Positions 1 through 12,523 of a stretch of 64,000 bases of DNA are shown piece after piece. This stretch comes from Octopus vulgaris (taxonomy: Eukaryota). The stretch is taken from the NCBI GenBank assembly GCA_951406725.2, contig OX597830.1, forward strand, positions 18,972,001 to 19,036,000, written 5' to 3'. Position 1 is the first letter of the stretch. Every line of letters begins with the position of its first letter. The notes beneath the pieces were generated by a model, which ran no database searches, was not told the origin of the DNA, and saw nothing but the letters and a program-made list of their open reading frames with translations. The position numbers were made by a program, and so were the translations under genes.

Positions 1-472
1 AGCTTGTTCACATTTGTTATTAAAGGAATCTGTTAGCAAGAACACTTATCTGATCACCACTTTCTAACTTACCACAGCACCTTACAAATCTCCTTAAAAC
101 TCACTCTATGTACATCAGTTTTATCATTAATATTCCATTTCATCATTAACATTATAAATATACTAGAAATGAGAGGAGTAGGAAGAAATAAAAGTATAAT
201 CTAAGTAAAGAACAAATTTTATTAAACTAATAAAACACAGGAACTGTAAACGCTGCTAAATACTACACTTTGAGAAGCACCTGTTCATTTTATGTACAAC
301 GGACACTTTCTTCTAATGAAAATTAATTAACACAAATTCTCTTGGCTAATTAACAACATATTTTCTTTTTTTGTAATTCTGGGTCCCAGTTGTTTAAGAG
401 TTCCAGTTGAGTGTCAGCTGAGAGAAGTTTTACTGTAATTAAAGAATTCAAAGACGAGGAAAGATGTTTTAC

Positions 473-586
473 CTTGAGGCAAGGACTGTCAACGTGGGCG
501 CCAACCAAGCTGAATCCATTCCCAGGTTTATACTGAGCTCCGACAGCAAAGGCAATAAGTGTGGATTCGTTTCTAGTCAGAAAGTA
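473..586 (-). CDS. DNPEP: Aspartyl aminopeptidase exon 4 (gene continues beyond window start)
   Basis: AG/GT-bounded 114 nt; [38 protein letters not shown] includes the Zn-ligand His motif AHxDSP. Confidence 0.96.
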
Positions 587-726
587 CTAAAAATAAAAAA
601 AAATTAAGTAAGCAAATAAATATCATATTACTGATTTATAGTTCAAGAGTTCAAATCCTGCAATAAGTAATCTGTGGAGTTTTACTTCTTTTAATAAACT
701 TATTCATTCTTATACCCTAAAACCAA

Positions 727-1215
727 GGTGCCATGTAAAAAGCACTGGTGCTGGTACCATGTAAAAAGCACTGGTGCTGGTACCATGTAAAAAGCACTGG
801 TGCTGGTACCATGTAAAAAGCACTGGTGCTGGTACCATGTAAAAAGCACTGGTGCTGGTACCATGTAAAAAGCACTGGTGCTGGTACCATGTAAAAAGCA
901 CTGGTGCTGGTGCCATGTAAAAAGCACTGGTGCTGGTGCCATGTAAAAAGCACTGGTGCTGGTACCATGTAAAAAGCACTGGTGCTGGTACCATGTAAAA
1001 AGCACTGGTGCTGGTACCATGTAAAAAGCACTGGTGTTGGTACCATGTAAAAAGCACTGGTGTTGGTACCATGTAAAAAGCACTGGTGCTGGTACCATGT
1101 AAAAACCATCGGTACTGGTGCCATGTAAAAAGCACCGGTGCTGGTGCCATGCAAAAAGCACTGGTGCTGGTACCATGTAAAAAGCATTGGTACTGGTGCC
1201 ATGTAAAAAGCACCA
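727..1215. repeat. 26-bp minisatellite, about 19 copies
   Basis: Unit GTAAAAAGCACTGGTGCTGGTACCAT in tandem; explains the three 26-aa-periodic ORFs. Confidence 0.97.
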
Positions 1216-1453
1216 GTTTTCTTTACATAATCATATGAATTCCTGTGCATAGAACACAAATTCACAAAAATATTCTGAAAATTCCAGAAAATAAAAGTAA
1301 TGAGGGATTATATGGGTGCTTTAACTAGGATTCCACCGGAAAAGCTTCCTTACATCAAAAACCCAACCCCTTATCCAGTTAGATATGTATGATTTGTTGA
1401 TGTAAGTTAGTGAATAAACTGAAAATGAATCAACATAAAACAGATCTCTATAC

Positions 1454-1542
1454 TTTCTTAGAATTTTCCAGAGTCCAATGGTTACTCTCTTTTAACTCTT
1501 CAAAGCCAGCATCTTTCAACATGGTTTTCAATGCATCAGCAA
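1454..1542 (-). CDS. DNPEP: Aspartyl aminopeptidase exon 3
   Basis: AG/GT-bounded, enters in phase 1 and exits in phase 0; (V)ADALKTMLKDAGFEELKESNHWTLENSKK matches M18 LxxAGFxELxExxxW. Confidence 0.93.
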
Positions 1543-1996
1543 CTGGAAATGAAATAGCACAGGATATACAAATATATACATTATATAGGAATATACACAT
1601 ATGGAATTTGTAGTTTTGTGGTACCAGTGCTGGTGACACATAAGAATACCATCCGAACGTGGCCGTAGCCAGTACCGCATCGACTGGCCTCCGTGCTGGT
1701 GGCACGTAACAAACACCATCCGATCGTGGCCGTGCCAGCCTTGTCTGGCACCTGTGTCGGTGGCACATAAAAAGCACCCACTACACACACGGAGTGGTTG
1801 GCGTTAGGAAGGGCATCCTGCTGTAGAAACACTGCCAGATCAGACTGGCCTGGTGCAGCCTTCGGGCTTCCCAGACCCCAGTTGAACCGTCCAACCCATG
1901 CCAGCATGGAAAGCGGACGTTAAACGATGATGATGATGATGTATGTCATTAGGTTTAACTAATATTGTCAAGACAATCATCATCACCATCATCATT

Positions 1997-2589
1997 TTAA
2001 CCCTTTAATGTTTAAACCAGCTATATTCAAACCTTTTCAAACTCCACCTGGCTAACACCCGTGGACATGTTTACAAAGTCAGAAAGCAGCACAGCTCCCA
2101 TGACTTTTGGAAACATTTTTTCACACTAAGAGTTGCTAAAGCATGGAACAAACTGCCAGCATCAGTTGTTAGTTGTCGGAGCACTGCATCCTTCAAAACT
2201 TCCATGCTTCCTGAGATTTGCCAACACTACACCTGATTTTCTCCCCTCCATACACATGCAAGCATGGATCTGACTCATACACTGTTCGCTTCCCAGACAT
2301 TTGTACATTACTGCATATACTTTATATGCACTTTTGACAAGTTGTGGTGCACCTGAGCACTGTATACAATAATTTCATTTTTATTATTTTATTTCATATC
2401 TGGCCAAAATATTCTACCTGTTTTATGTTCAAACTGGCCTCTCACATCTATCTTGCAATGTCATTTTAAAAATAGACAAGCACATCGTCGATATCTCAAA
2501 GCTACAAGATAATGTAAGATTAATTCAAAACGATGTGAATAAATAAACATTAAGACTCGACAGAATAATTTAAATGTGAAAGGGTTCAC
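1997..2589. mobile_element. TTAA-CCC-ended (piggyBac-like) MITE interrupted by a CR1 fragment
   Basis: TTAACCCTTT...AAAGGGTT ends; uninterrupted relative at about 3108-3338. Confidence 0.6.
2031..2392 (+). mobile_element. CR1-type LINE 3' fragment
   Basis: NTRGHVYKVRKQ...KHFFTLRVAKAWNKLPASVV...SFK is a CR1 ORF2 C-terminus; a second copy lies on the minus strand at about 16108-16372 with a (TTA)n tail. Confidence 0.8.
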
Positions 2590-3542
2590 TTAAAAAAAAA
2601 AGAAAAGAAAAAAAAAAACTAGCTCAAGGTGTTATGCTAATGTTTCAAACCCCAAAACAAGTGGCTGTGGAACAAACTTAACAACACATCCGTATTCTAT
2701 GGCAGAAGCATTAGAACAACCATTTTTTATCAATGGGCTCCTTTGATTGTTATTTTATTCTGGTAGATCCCCCGACAGTTTATTCAATGTCCAAAAAATT
2801 GTCTTATAGAAAGTTCTAAATTCCCATTTTGTTTTCCGCACATTGACTTGTCTAGGTTGAACTATGTAAAATGTAAGAGGAAGAAACCTAGCTGTTTCTT
2901 GCAATACATACCAATACATATATCTAAAGGAGAATTTTTTCAGGGTCCATTAAAATACTATTGTGGATTCCCAATTTATCATTTTGTTGTGTAAACTCCT
3001 GAAGATCTTATATGGATTCTCAGGGGCCTTATGGACCCCAGTTGAGAACCACTGCATTAGAGTGTTCTTCAAAATTTACATTCTGTATTTATTCCGGATC
3101 TTTACGTTTAACCCCTTAGCATTTAAACCAGCCATATCTGGCCAAACATATTCTACCCGTTTTACATACAAACTAAGTAGATCCAGCCTCTAACACCTAC
3201 CCTACAATGTCATTCTAAAAATAAACAATCACATCACTGAAATCTCAAAGCCACAAGAATGGCAACTGGCTGAATATTTAAAGCAATGAATAAATAAACG
3301 TTACATTTAACAATAAGTCTGAATGCTAAAGGATTGAACCTTGCAGTGGTCAACTTTTAGTTCAACCCTTGCCAGCATAGAAAATGAATGTTAAATGATG
3401 ATGACGATGATGATGACATCCATGCATAGACTTCAACCCAGGATTTGAAATCAGATCATCAACTCAGTATTCTAAGAACAAACTGAGCAGTGTAATACAC
3501 AATTCAATCATAGAAACAGTATCGTTGGACCGAGTAACATAC

Positions 3543-3621
3543 CATGGTAAGGAGATGGGCCTGCATTGACAAACTTCAGAAATTCTTCAGCTGAAGACAA
3601 TACAGTTTCTCGTGAAAAAGC
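3543..3621 (-). CDS. DNPEP: Aspartyl aminopeptidase (M18) exon 2
   Basis: ag|GCTTTT...CATG|gtatgt; translates AFSRETVLSSAEEFLKFVNAGPSPYH, matching the M18 N-terminal FxxFvNxxPSPyH motif. Confidence 0.92.
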
Positions 3622-5428
3622 CTAGATTAAAATAAAAGACACAAAAAGAGGAAAATATCAGACATATAAACATAGATGATCAGAAAAAAAATGTCATAAA
3701 ATATATCAAGATTGGAGGAGACCCCCACCCGCTTCATTCATGAATGACCATGGGATTGCACCTAGAAAGTTACCCTCTGAGGCATAAGTCCGGGCAAGGT
3801 TGTTTATGGAAGGCCAGCAGTCGCCCATGCCACCGATGTTATCCAAGGGAAAGGCAAAGAGGCCGATACATTTTGGCACCTGTGACGTCGCAACTCATTT
3901 CTATAGCTGAGTTAACTGGAGCGACGTGAAATAAAGTGTCTTGCTCAAGAACACGACACGCAGCCCAGTCTCAGAATCGATCTCACAATCGCAAGCTCGA
4001 TGCTCCAACCACTGAGCCATGCGCCTTCACATTATCAAAATTAAGTCCCACGTAAAATGCACCAATCCGACCGTGGCTGTTGCCAGCCTCGCCTGGTACC
4101 TGTGCAGGTGGCACGTAAAAAGCACCTACTACACTCACGGAGTGGTTGGCGTTAGGAAGGGCATCCAGCTGTAGAAACATTGCCAGATAAGACCGGAGCC
4201 TGGTGCAGCCTTCTGGCTTCCCAGATCCCCGGTTGAACCGTCCAACCCATGCTAGCATGGAGAACGGACGTTAAACGATGATGATGATGATGATGATGAT
4301 GATAAATTAAAACACTTGGACATCACAACTTTAGTTACTCGATGTGACCTAAAAGCAATGCAGACAATGTCAGTCCATTGATAAATATGGTAAATTTCTA
4401 GTAAAATCTCAATTAAGGTTAAATCCTCCATGTGCTGAGTCATTGCCTTTGAACATTTATCAAAAATTAATCTTAGCCATTAATCATTACATGTCTAGTG
4501 TTTCTGTTGAACTTCTCTTGAATTGGAGGATATTTGTGCTGTGTCAGTGAAGATGACCTTTAAACTTCAACAGCTCAGCCTACCTACCTCTAAATGGTTG
4601 TTGCTGCTTGTTTGTTTGTTTGTTTGTTGAGCGAAGCGGTCTTTGTCCCATTAGTGGGAGAAGTCCGAAACGTGGTCCTTTTGCTATTCGTAAGACCCGC
4701 AGCAAAGAAAGCAGGTCAACCCCCGACACTGAGAGCATCGACGGATGGATGAATGCGCATCCAGGCTCAGCGGTTGCATAGGAAGTCGGGGACAAGAAAC
4801 AGGAAGAAAGAGTGAGAAAAAGTTGGGACGAAAGAGTACAACAGGGGTTGCCACCACCCTTTGCTGGAGCCTCATGGAGCTTTAGGTGTTTTCGCTCAAT
4901 AAACACACACAACGCCTGGTCTGGGAATCGAAACCGCGATCCTCCGACCGCGAGTCCGCTGCCCTAACCACTGAGCCATTGCGCCTCTAATGGTTGTTGC
5001 TGCTCAGTTCTATGTTAGCTTCCTGATCAAGTAGATCAATGATCAAAAGCATTTCAGCCATGATCATCTTGCAATTTTTAGTGGCCTTGTCCTTCCTTTT
5101 TTAAGATGACAGTGTGTGGCTGCTATTTAGAGTAGGTAGAGCAACCATGTAAAAGCTCCTTCATTTCATACAGTGGTACAGTTCACTGCTGTAGGCAGCA
5201 TTGTGAAGTTGAATGATTCATCAAATTGTAGTACCAAGTTCAATTCTAGCCATAGGAATAGTTAACACTTATTATTTGGCAGCAAAACAAGACAAGAGAT
5301 TTGTCTTTTTAAATGATGTGAAAATGGGCTGCATTGAAAATTCACTACAACAATTATTTAGAATCCTTGGACAAAAAGCATAACCTTGTGGGCCTTTGTG
5401 TATTGGCTTTCTCTACCTTAAAGTTGTT

Positions 5429-5789
5429 ATTTACATTATTTACATTCGACGGATATTTGTCCTCATCTTGTTTGTTGTTAACACAACATTTCAGCTGATA
5501 TACCCTCCAGCCTTCATCAAGTGTCTTGGGGAAATTTTGAACCTGGGTTCTCATTCCTAAGGTATTTTTTGATATTATTATTATTATTGTTGATAGTGTT
5601 CAGGTCACTCATTGGAATCGAACTGGAATCTTGGGGTTAGTAGCCCGCACTCTTAACCATTACACCATATGCCCGTGGGCATACGGCGTAGTGGTTAACA
5701 ACACCATATGCCCATCTTGTCAACAAACAAGATGAGGACAAATATCCGTCAAATGTAAATAATTCCTCATCTCTTAAATATAGAACTGT
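5429..5789 (-). mobile_element. tRNA-headed, hammerhead-containing retroelement with 12-bp TSD
   Basis: Direct repeat CTTAAAGTTGTT at 5417-5428 and 5790-5801; tRNA-like head at 5674-5600 with A and B boxes; hammerhead at 5525-5480; inverted partial copy at 5677-5789. Confidence 0.7.
5480..5525 (-). ncRNA. Degenerate minimal hammerhead
   Basis: GACAC-uUGAUGA-A-GGCUG-loop-CAGCu-GAAA-uG-UU-GUGUU; deviations are consistent with C-to-T decay of CUGAUGA and CAGCC-GAAACGUU. Confidence 0.6.
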
Positions 5790-5975
5790 CTTAAAGTTGT
5801 TGTTTGGCCCCAGTTCAATCCTGATTAAGCAGTCCCTTAACCAAATGCAGAAGGGTGGGATGAAAAGACATTGTGAAAACATTTGTTCCAACAATAAATA
5901 ATATCAGATTTTGAGAAATCTCACCATGTATATGTGTACATGTCAAGGTGTCTGCAGGTGTAAATGCAAGTATGT

Positions 5976-6188
5976 ACAAGGGGGTGCTGAAAAGTTCCTG
6001 GCTGTAAGGGTGTCGCAAAAGGCCTGGTTGGAGGCCCAACCTTCCAAGTTCTACAGAGCTTTGAAAAACTGAAGGACCACTGCAATAAATGTGTGAATCT
6101 GAGAAGGGAATATGTTGAATAAATTCATAATTAACTGATCTTCCTGTATTTTCTTTTACCCAAAGCCAGGAACTTTTCAGTACACTCT
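5976..6188 (+). mobile_element. Mariner-derived MITE
   Basis: TIRs containing GCTGAAAAGTTCCTGGCT and AGCCAGGAACTTTTCAG; remnant resembling the transposase end KCVNLRxEYVE*. Confidence 0.75.
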
Positions 6189-6795
6189 CATACATGTCAA
6201 TGTATCTGCATGTGTAAATGCAAGAATGTATAAACATATATTGTGGTTTTTGGAGGGTTTTTTGCCTTGTAATTTGATGATTTCAAAGAAATTCTATTTT
6301 GTGATGAGAATTTTCTGTACTGATAATTACATATTACTCTTTTACTTGTTTCAGTCATTTGACTGCGGCCATGCTGGAGCACCGCCTTTAATCGAGCAAC
6401 TTGACCCCGGGACTTATTCTTTGAAAGCCCAGTACTTATTCTATCGGTCTCTTTTTGCCGAACCGCTAAGTGACGGGGACGTAAACACACCAGCATCGGT
6501 TGTCAAGCGATGGTGGGGGGGACAAACACAGACACACAAACATACATATATATATATATATATACACATATATACGACAGGCTTCTTTCAGTTTCCGTCT
6601 ACCAAATCCACTCACAAGGTATTGGTCGGCCCGAGGCTATAGCAGAAGACACTTGCCCAAGATGCCACGCAGTGGGACTGAACCCGGAACCATGTGGTTG
6701 GTTAGCAAGCTACTTACCACACAGCCACTCCTGCGCCTGATAATATTCATTTAAACAATTACCATCAAATAAATATTTATCAGCACAGATAATTA

Positions 6796-8481
6796 CACTG
6801 GGGAGCATGGATTTTATTGTCTGGTGATGGAGAAATGTTTCCTAGTAATTCTGGTGTGCTCATTTCAAAAATTAAATCCATTTTGTTCTATCACATCAAA
6901 AATTTTTCACATACTCAAATGTCCATTTTACAACATTTCCAATATTGTCCCTGTTTCTAAGGATAGATTTGGCTTCATCAAATGCAGACTCATGTATGGA
7001 ACCGGACATAACTTTGAAAACATAGTTTTTCATTTAAAGGAAATTTGACTACAAAAGTGAAACCAAAAGCCATGATTTAAGTATCTCCAGTAAATAAAAA
7101 AGATCACCCTTAAGCAACTTTCACTATCTTTAATCTAACCAGTTTTAAATGTCATCGTGTCCTTTATACATTTCGATGTTAATAAACAACATATTTCTGT
7201 GGTCCCTGACATCACACACCTCATATCTGTGAAATTAGTCAGCAGATATTCCTAGTGTGCTGGACTTGGTGTGACTATATTGCAAACCGGATGAGTCACA
7301 TTTTGTTGAACTTAAAAATATTTCTTATGAAAATTGATATTTTGAATGTGCCCTTGATATTTTACTTGAGGTCACATGTCAAAGGTCACTCTGTCCAGCT
7401 TGGTCAAAGAACTGTAGAATTTTATGGTACGCATGGTCTTTATGAAACTTTACCATCACAAGACTGCATTTGCTTACTTTGTAATTGCTGACAGTTCTGA
7501 AAATGCTTTTCTCAGATGACAACTAAATTAAATACATGTTTTGTATTTCAGAAATATGGCCAGTTGTGAGACAAAAAAACACACAAAAACAACTCTGATG
7601 TCTTCTGTTATATTTGTAGATGTTACACTTTATCTAGACAGTGAAACAAAATCACAGATTTTGTGAAGAAGGCTTACCTTACTTTAGCATGAAACTGGGT
7701 GATTAAGACAAAGCCTGGGCACCCCTCCCCCCTTCCCATATAGTGTGTAAAACATGTGTTGAAACACTGAAACAGTAACTGTTTCAAATACTTAAGCAGA
7801 AAGTTTCCAGCTTTGTCTTATGAGAAAATTAGGGTCGTATTTGATGGGCCTCAGATTAGGTAGTTTTTGCAGGGCAAGCAGTTTTTGGAGACCATGCCTG
7901 GCTTTGGAAAAGAAGTATGGAACGCTTTTGCTGCAGTTGTGTCTGCTTTCCTGAAGTTATCAAATTATGAAAAACTTGCACAGACCCTGTTAACCAATTT
8001 TTGAGCACTGGGCTGCAGCATGAGTGTAAAAGTGCATTTCCTGTGCAGTCATCTGGACTACTTCCTTGAAAATCATAGCACAATAAGTAATGAGCAAAGA
8101 GAAAGATTCCATCAAGACATCTTTTGGCATAAAATGAATTCCTATTTAATAAAAAAAAAACCTAACACAATAAAACATTTCTGAAGGCATTTATGAACCC
8201 AGCATCACCAAATTAGGTAGGACTGATTGTAAAAAGCAAAACCACTAAAATTCATTTCAAAAATGATCCTCAGTTTTATTAATGAAATGATAAAAGCAGA
8301 TGACCTATCACTTATAGATAAATAATAAAATTGTGTTTATTCAGAGAGTAAGTTATACAAAAATAAATAGATGTGATAGAAGAAAATTGACTGTAGTTTT
8401 GGAATTAGCATGCTAATTTTAGTCTAAACCAAGTGAAAAAGGAAACTCACCAACAATTATGCTCAAAATTGTTCCCCTGCA
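6796..8481 (+). mobile_element. Decayed DNA transposon, probably Chapaev3-like
   Basis: tta|CACTGGGGAGCA...TGTTCCCCTGCA|tta; remnants across frames resemble FCYIC, MKLGDxDKAWAP, FDGPQIR, HFLCSHLDY and ERFHQDI. The family name is from recall. Confidence 0.6.
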
Positions 8482-9755
8482 TTATCAATATGTAATAATC
8501 AGTACAGAAAATTCTCAAAACAAAACAGAATTTCTCTCAAGTCCTCCAATTACAAATATCTTGATTTATCTGAAAATATTCCTCATCCCCTCATCTTATA
8601 GTCACTGAGAAATGTATGACAGCCATTCTGTCATTTCTGATGCCTAGGCCACCTAAATATTCCAAGCAGTTTTTCTATCAGATCTAAAATATTGCTTTAA
8701 CTTCCTCACCATTCCAAATAGTTATAAAAGTGCACAAAATGACTACATCATCATTTTAACCTCCATTTTACCATGCTTGCATGGGTCAAGCAGAATTAGT
8801 TGAGGCAGATTTTCTACAGCTGGATGTCCTTCCTGTTGCCAACACTCATCGTTTCCAAGGAAGGTAATATTTCCCCAAAGCCCTCTTTACTAGTGTGCTA
8901 ATCTGGTCTCTGAAAACCTGTTTTAACAGGAAAGACGCATTCCAGTACAAACACACAAGTTTATGATATGCTTCCATAGTTTCCTTTTACCAAATTCACT
9001 CATAAGGTATTGGTTGACTTTGGGGCTATAAGTAGAAAACACTGGCCCAAGGTGTTGCACAGCTGAACTGAATCCAAAACTATCATCATCATCGTTTAAT
9101 GTCTGTTTTCCATGCTAGCATGGGTTGGACAGTTCGACCGGGGTCTGGGAAGCCAGAAGGCTGCACCAGGCTCCAGTCTGATCTGGTAGTGTTTCTACAG
9201 CTGGATGCCCTTCCTAATGCCAACCACTCCATGAGTGTAGTGGGTGCTTTTTACGTGCCAGGCGAGGCTAGCAATGGCCACGATCGGTTGGTGCTTTTTA
9301 CATGCCACCGGCATGGAAGCCAGTCAAGGCGGCACTGGCATCCACCACGTTTGGATGGTGCTTTTTACGTGCCACTGGCACAGGGATCACAACTACAATT
9401 TCCATTGATTTTTGATGTTGATGTACTTGACTGAAGCTCTTGACATTTATCCATACTGGCACTAATTAAATTTTAAATGGTGACCATACTCTAACAATAT
9501 TTTGATCTGGCATGTAAATCTTCAAATTTATCAGTTGGGCTATATTTATGTATATGAAACGCATCTTCATTTTCACTGAATAAAACATTTGAAATACATT
9601 TATAAATGTATACATGCCCATGTGGTTAAGAAGCTCTCTTTGGGACCACATGATTTCTGGTTCAGTCCCACTGCACAGCACATAGGTGTCTTCTCCTATA
9701 GTCCTGAACTGACCTATGCTCTGGGAATGAATCTGGTAGGTGGAAACTGCATGGA

Positions 9756-9990
9756 AGGCGGCGAGCTGGCAGAAACGTTAGCACGCCGGGCGAAATGCTT
9801 AGCGGTATTTCGTCTGCCACTACATTCTGAGTTCAAATCCTGTTGAGGTCGACTTTACCTTTCATCCTTTCGGGGTCGATGAATTAAGTACCAGTTACGC
9901 ACTGGGGTCAATGTAATCGACTTAATCCCTTTGTCTGTCCTCGTTTGGCCTCTCTGTGTCTAGCTCCTTGTGGGCATTAAAGAAATAGGA
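9756..9990 (+). mobile_element. SINE family B (GGCGGCGAGCTGGCAGAA head, MetaSINE-like central domain), representative copy
   Basis: A/B-box head and central GTCGACTTTGCCTTTCATCCTTTCGGGGTCG. Copies at 19466-19695, 25062-25280, 25885-26120, 28446-28660, 30203-30432, 49607-50716 and 55470-55687, plus many decayed ones. Confidence 0.88.
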
Positions 9991-10478
9991 AACTGCATGG
10001 AAGCCTTTGTGTGTGTATGTGCATGCACGCATGCATGTGTATGTGTGGGTGTGTGTGAATGTGTATGACAACCAGTGTTGGTTTGTTTATGTCCTACAAT
10101 TTAATTGTTTTGGCAAAAGAGAAACAAAATAAGTAACAGACTTTAAAAGAACAAGTTCTGATGTGTGTGTGGGGGGGGGATCTTTTCAACTAAAACCTTT
10201 CAATGACTGAATCCAGCAGAAGATAAAAGATCTGAATAAAAGATATTACCGTGATACGTTTTAGAATTTTATCTTTCAGCATGTTTTCCATTTTTTAAAA
10301 TATAAATAAAGACATAGGCACACAAGTGGCTGTGTGGTAAGTAGCTTGCTTACCAACCACATGGTTCTGGGTTCATTCCCACTGCTTGGCACCTTGGGCA
10401 AGTGTCTTCTACTATAGCCTCAGGCCAACAAAAGCCTTGTGAGTGGATTTAGTAGACGGAAACTGAAAGAAGCCCGTC

Positions 10479-10515
<37 letters not shown>

Positions 10516-10656
10516 TAAAAACGGTAAGATAACAAAAGAAAGAAAGAGACCTCAATATTATATATATATACATACTGGAGTACTCAAATACTAGAGGTAG
10601 AGTAATATGCTTTATTTAAAAGCAGCAGAAATATAACAAAAGCTGTTACTCTGAGT

Positions 10657-10692
<36 letters not shown>

Positions 10693-10693
<1 letters not shown>

Positions 10694-12523
10694 GGTTAAG
10701 TAATTGAGATTCTAGTGAATTCTAAAGAATTCACATGAATATGGTCCTTAACTAGGATGCACCGGAAATCTATATGGTGTTAATCATACGACAAATGGGG
10801 TGATTACAAATAGGAAAAAATGATATAGATTAACATAATCTATAAGTGCTCCGTAACCACAGATAATAATAAGTTCTCTTATGTTGGATGCACTGTAAAT
10901 TTTAAACAGAGATTGAATAACCATCTCTCATCCTTTAAATTATGTCATAAGGCTGATAGCACCACTCTTTCTAGTAAAATTTGGGAACTAAAAAACAATA
11001 ATATCAAATATAACCTTAATTGGGAATTAGTCAGAAGAGCAAAACCCTATAAAAATAGCAGAGTAGGCTGCCAACTTTGCTCCATGGAAGCATTTGAAAT
11101 ACTAATGTATAGAAATAATGGAGAAATTCAATTAAACAGCAGAATTGAACTTGGAAAATCTTGTATACATGCTCGGGTTAAGACTCTTAAATATTTTAAA
11201 TGGTACTTTAAATCATATCTCAATTGATAACTGTATACTGGAATCATGTTGCATAAAATTCATTTTGACTTACATATCACTCCTACATAGTATATTATAT
11301 ATTTAACTAGAAAGATAAGATCTAACTAGCTATGATTATAATTTTTCTCTCTCTGATGGTACTATTTAATACTTATTGACTTAAATTATTTGATTTATTT
11401 CTATTGGACCATATTATTAATAAATTAAATTTTGCTCTATTTTTATCTCCATTTCTTAGTCTATTTTTTAACCCATTACAAATATTAGTTAGTTAAATCT
11501 CTTAATTTCTTTTACACTAAAAATTAATTCTGCTAATCCCAGACCTATCGTAGTGTATTGTGATGTGATATAATATATCAAAATAATATAATATAATATA
11601 GTGTAGTGTATTATAGTATAGTATAATAATAATATAATTGTTTAATTTCATTTAAAAACAACCCCATTTTTCTTTCCTTTCTAATGACCTCTTTGTAACC
11701 TGACAATCTATTAATAGTAACATTTATAAATAAAGAAATAAATTGTTGACCTCAGTTCGAATTTTGTTCTAAACAAACTTAGACTTTTCTATTAGTATCA
11801 ACTTGTGCCAATCCCCTTTCCTTTCTCTTTGACAGCTTAAATAGCAGTAACTGATTAAATTTCTACCTCCTTCCTCCTCTTTCTGTGATTCTTGATAAAT
11901 TCATTAACAACCTGAACCGCTACAATATAAGACTGTCATTTTGCTTCTCATTCGGATTCTCTGATATTTTTCGCATGATTGTACCCTAAATCTCTTCACA
12001 AAACTGGATTATGAACTATAAGGACATACACATATTTTGTAAGTTCAAGACTTTTTCATCGGATCTCCAAAAAATCGAACTTATCTGCGATCCTTGTAAA
12101 TTTCAATAACAATCTGTTCCTCTACACGATATGACAGTCACTTTGCTTTTACTCAGACTTTCCTCTACATGATATGGCAGTCACTTTGCCTCTTACTCGG
12201 ATTTTCAGAAATTTTGCATGACTGTATCCGAAAATTTCTTCACACAACTTGATCAAATATTCAATATGAGCTATATGTAGACATGCATAAATTCTATAGG
12301 TTTAAAACCTTTCATCGGATCTCCATGAATCGAACTTTCTTCAATGCAGCTAATCTTACAACTTCTTTTGTATCTACCCCTTTTGATGTTTGGGAATTCT
12401 CTGATGTTTTTTCGGCTGACGAGTACGAGCCATCTGTATTCACTGCATTTTTTGTAGCTTATTAAAGATGTCCTCGTACGAAACGATCGTACCGAGATTT
12501 TAATCCATTCTTGTTGCTTTTTT

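Noticed and set aside
700-1265. Three overlapping repetitive ORFs, or a CRISPR-like array
   Set aside because: A pure 26-bp tandem repeat with no unique spacers, inside a eukaryotic intron; the ORFs arise from a stop-free unit.
4640-4730. Possible HDV-like ribozyme in a SINE tail (CUAAUGGGAC)
   Set aside because: I could not build the nested double pseudoknot; a simple terminal hairpin explains the motif.
5600-5674. tRNA gene (ACT anticodon) and other tRNA-like heads
   Set aside because: Acceptor and T stems pair poorly and the heads are embedded in repeats; these are SINE heads, not functional tRNAs.
6197-6754. Recurring ORFs such as YQIHSQG...EDTCPRCHAVGLNPEPCGW as a gene family
   Set aside because: These are translations of SINE family A in varying frames, without splice or domain support.
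12283-12465. ORF repeated three times (also at 41437 and 42857) as a conserved peptide
   Set aside because: The identity reflects recent element duplication, and the region is the non-coding hammerhead-bearing terminus.
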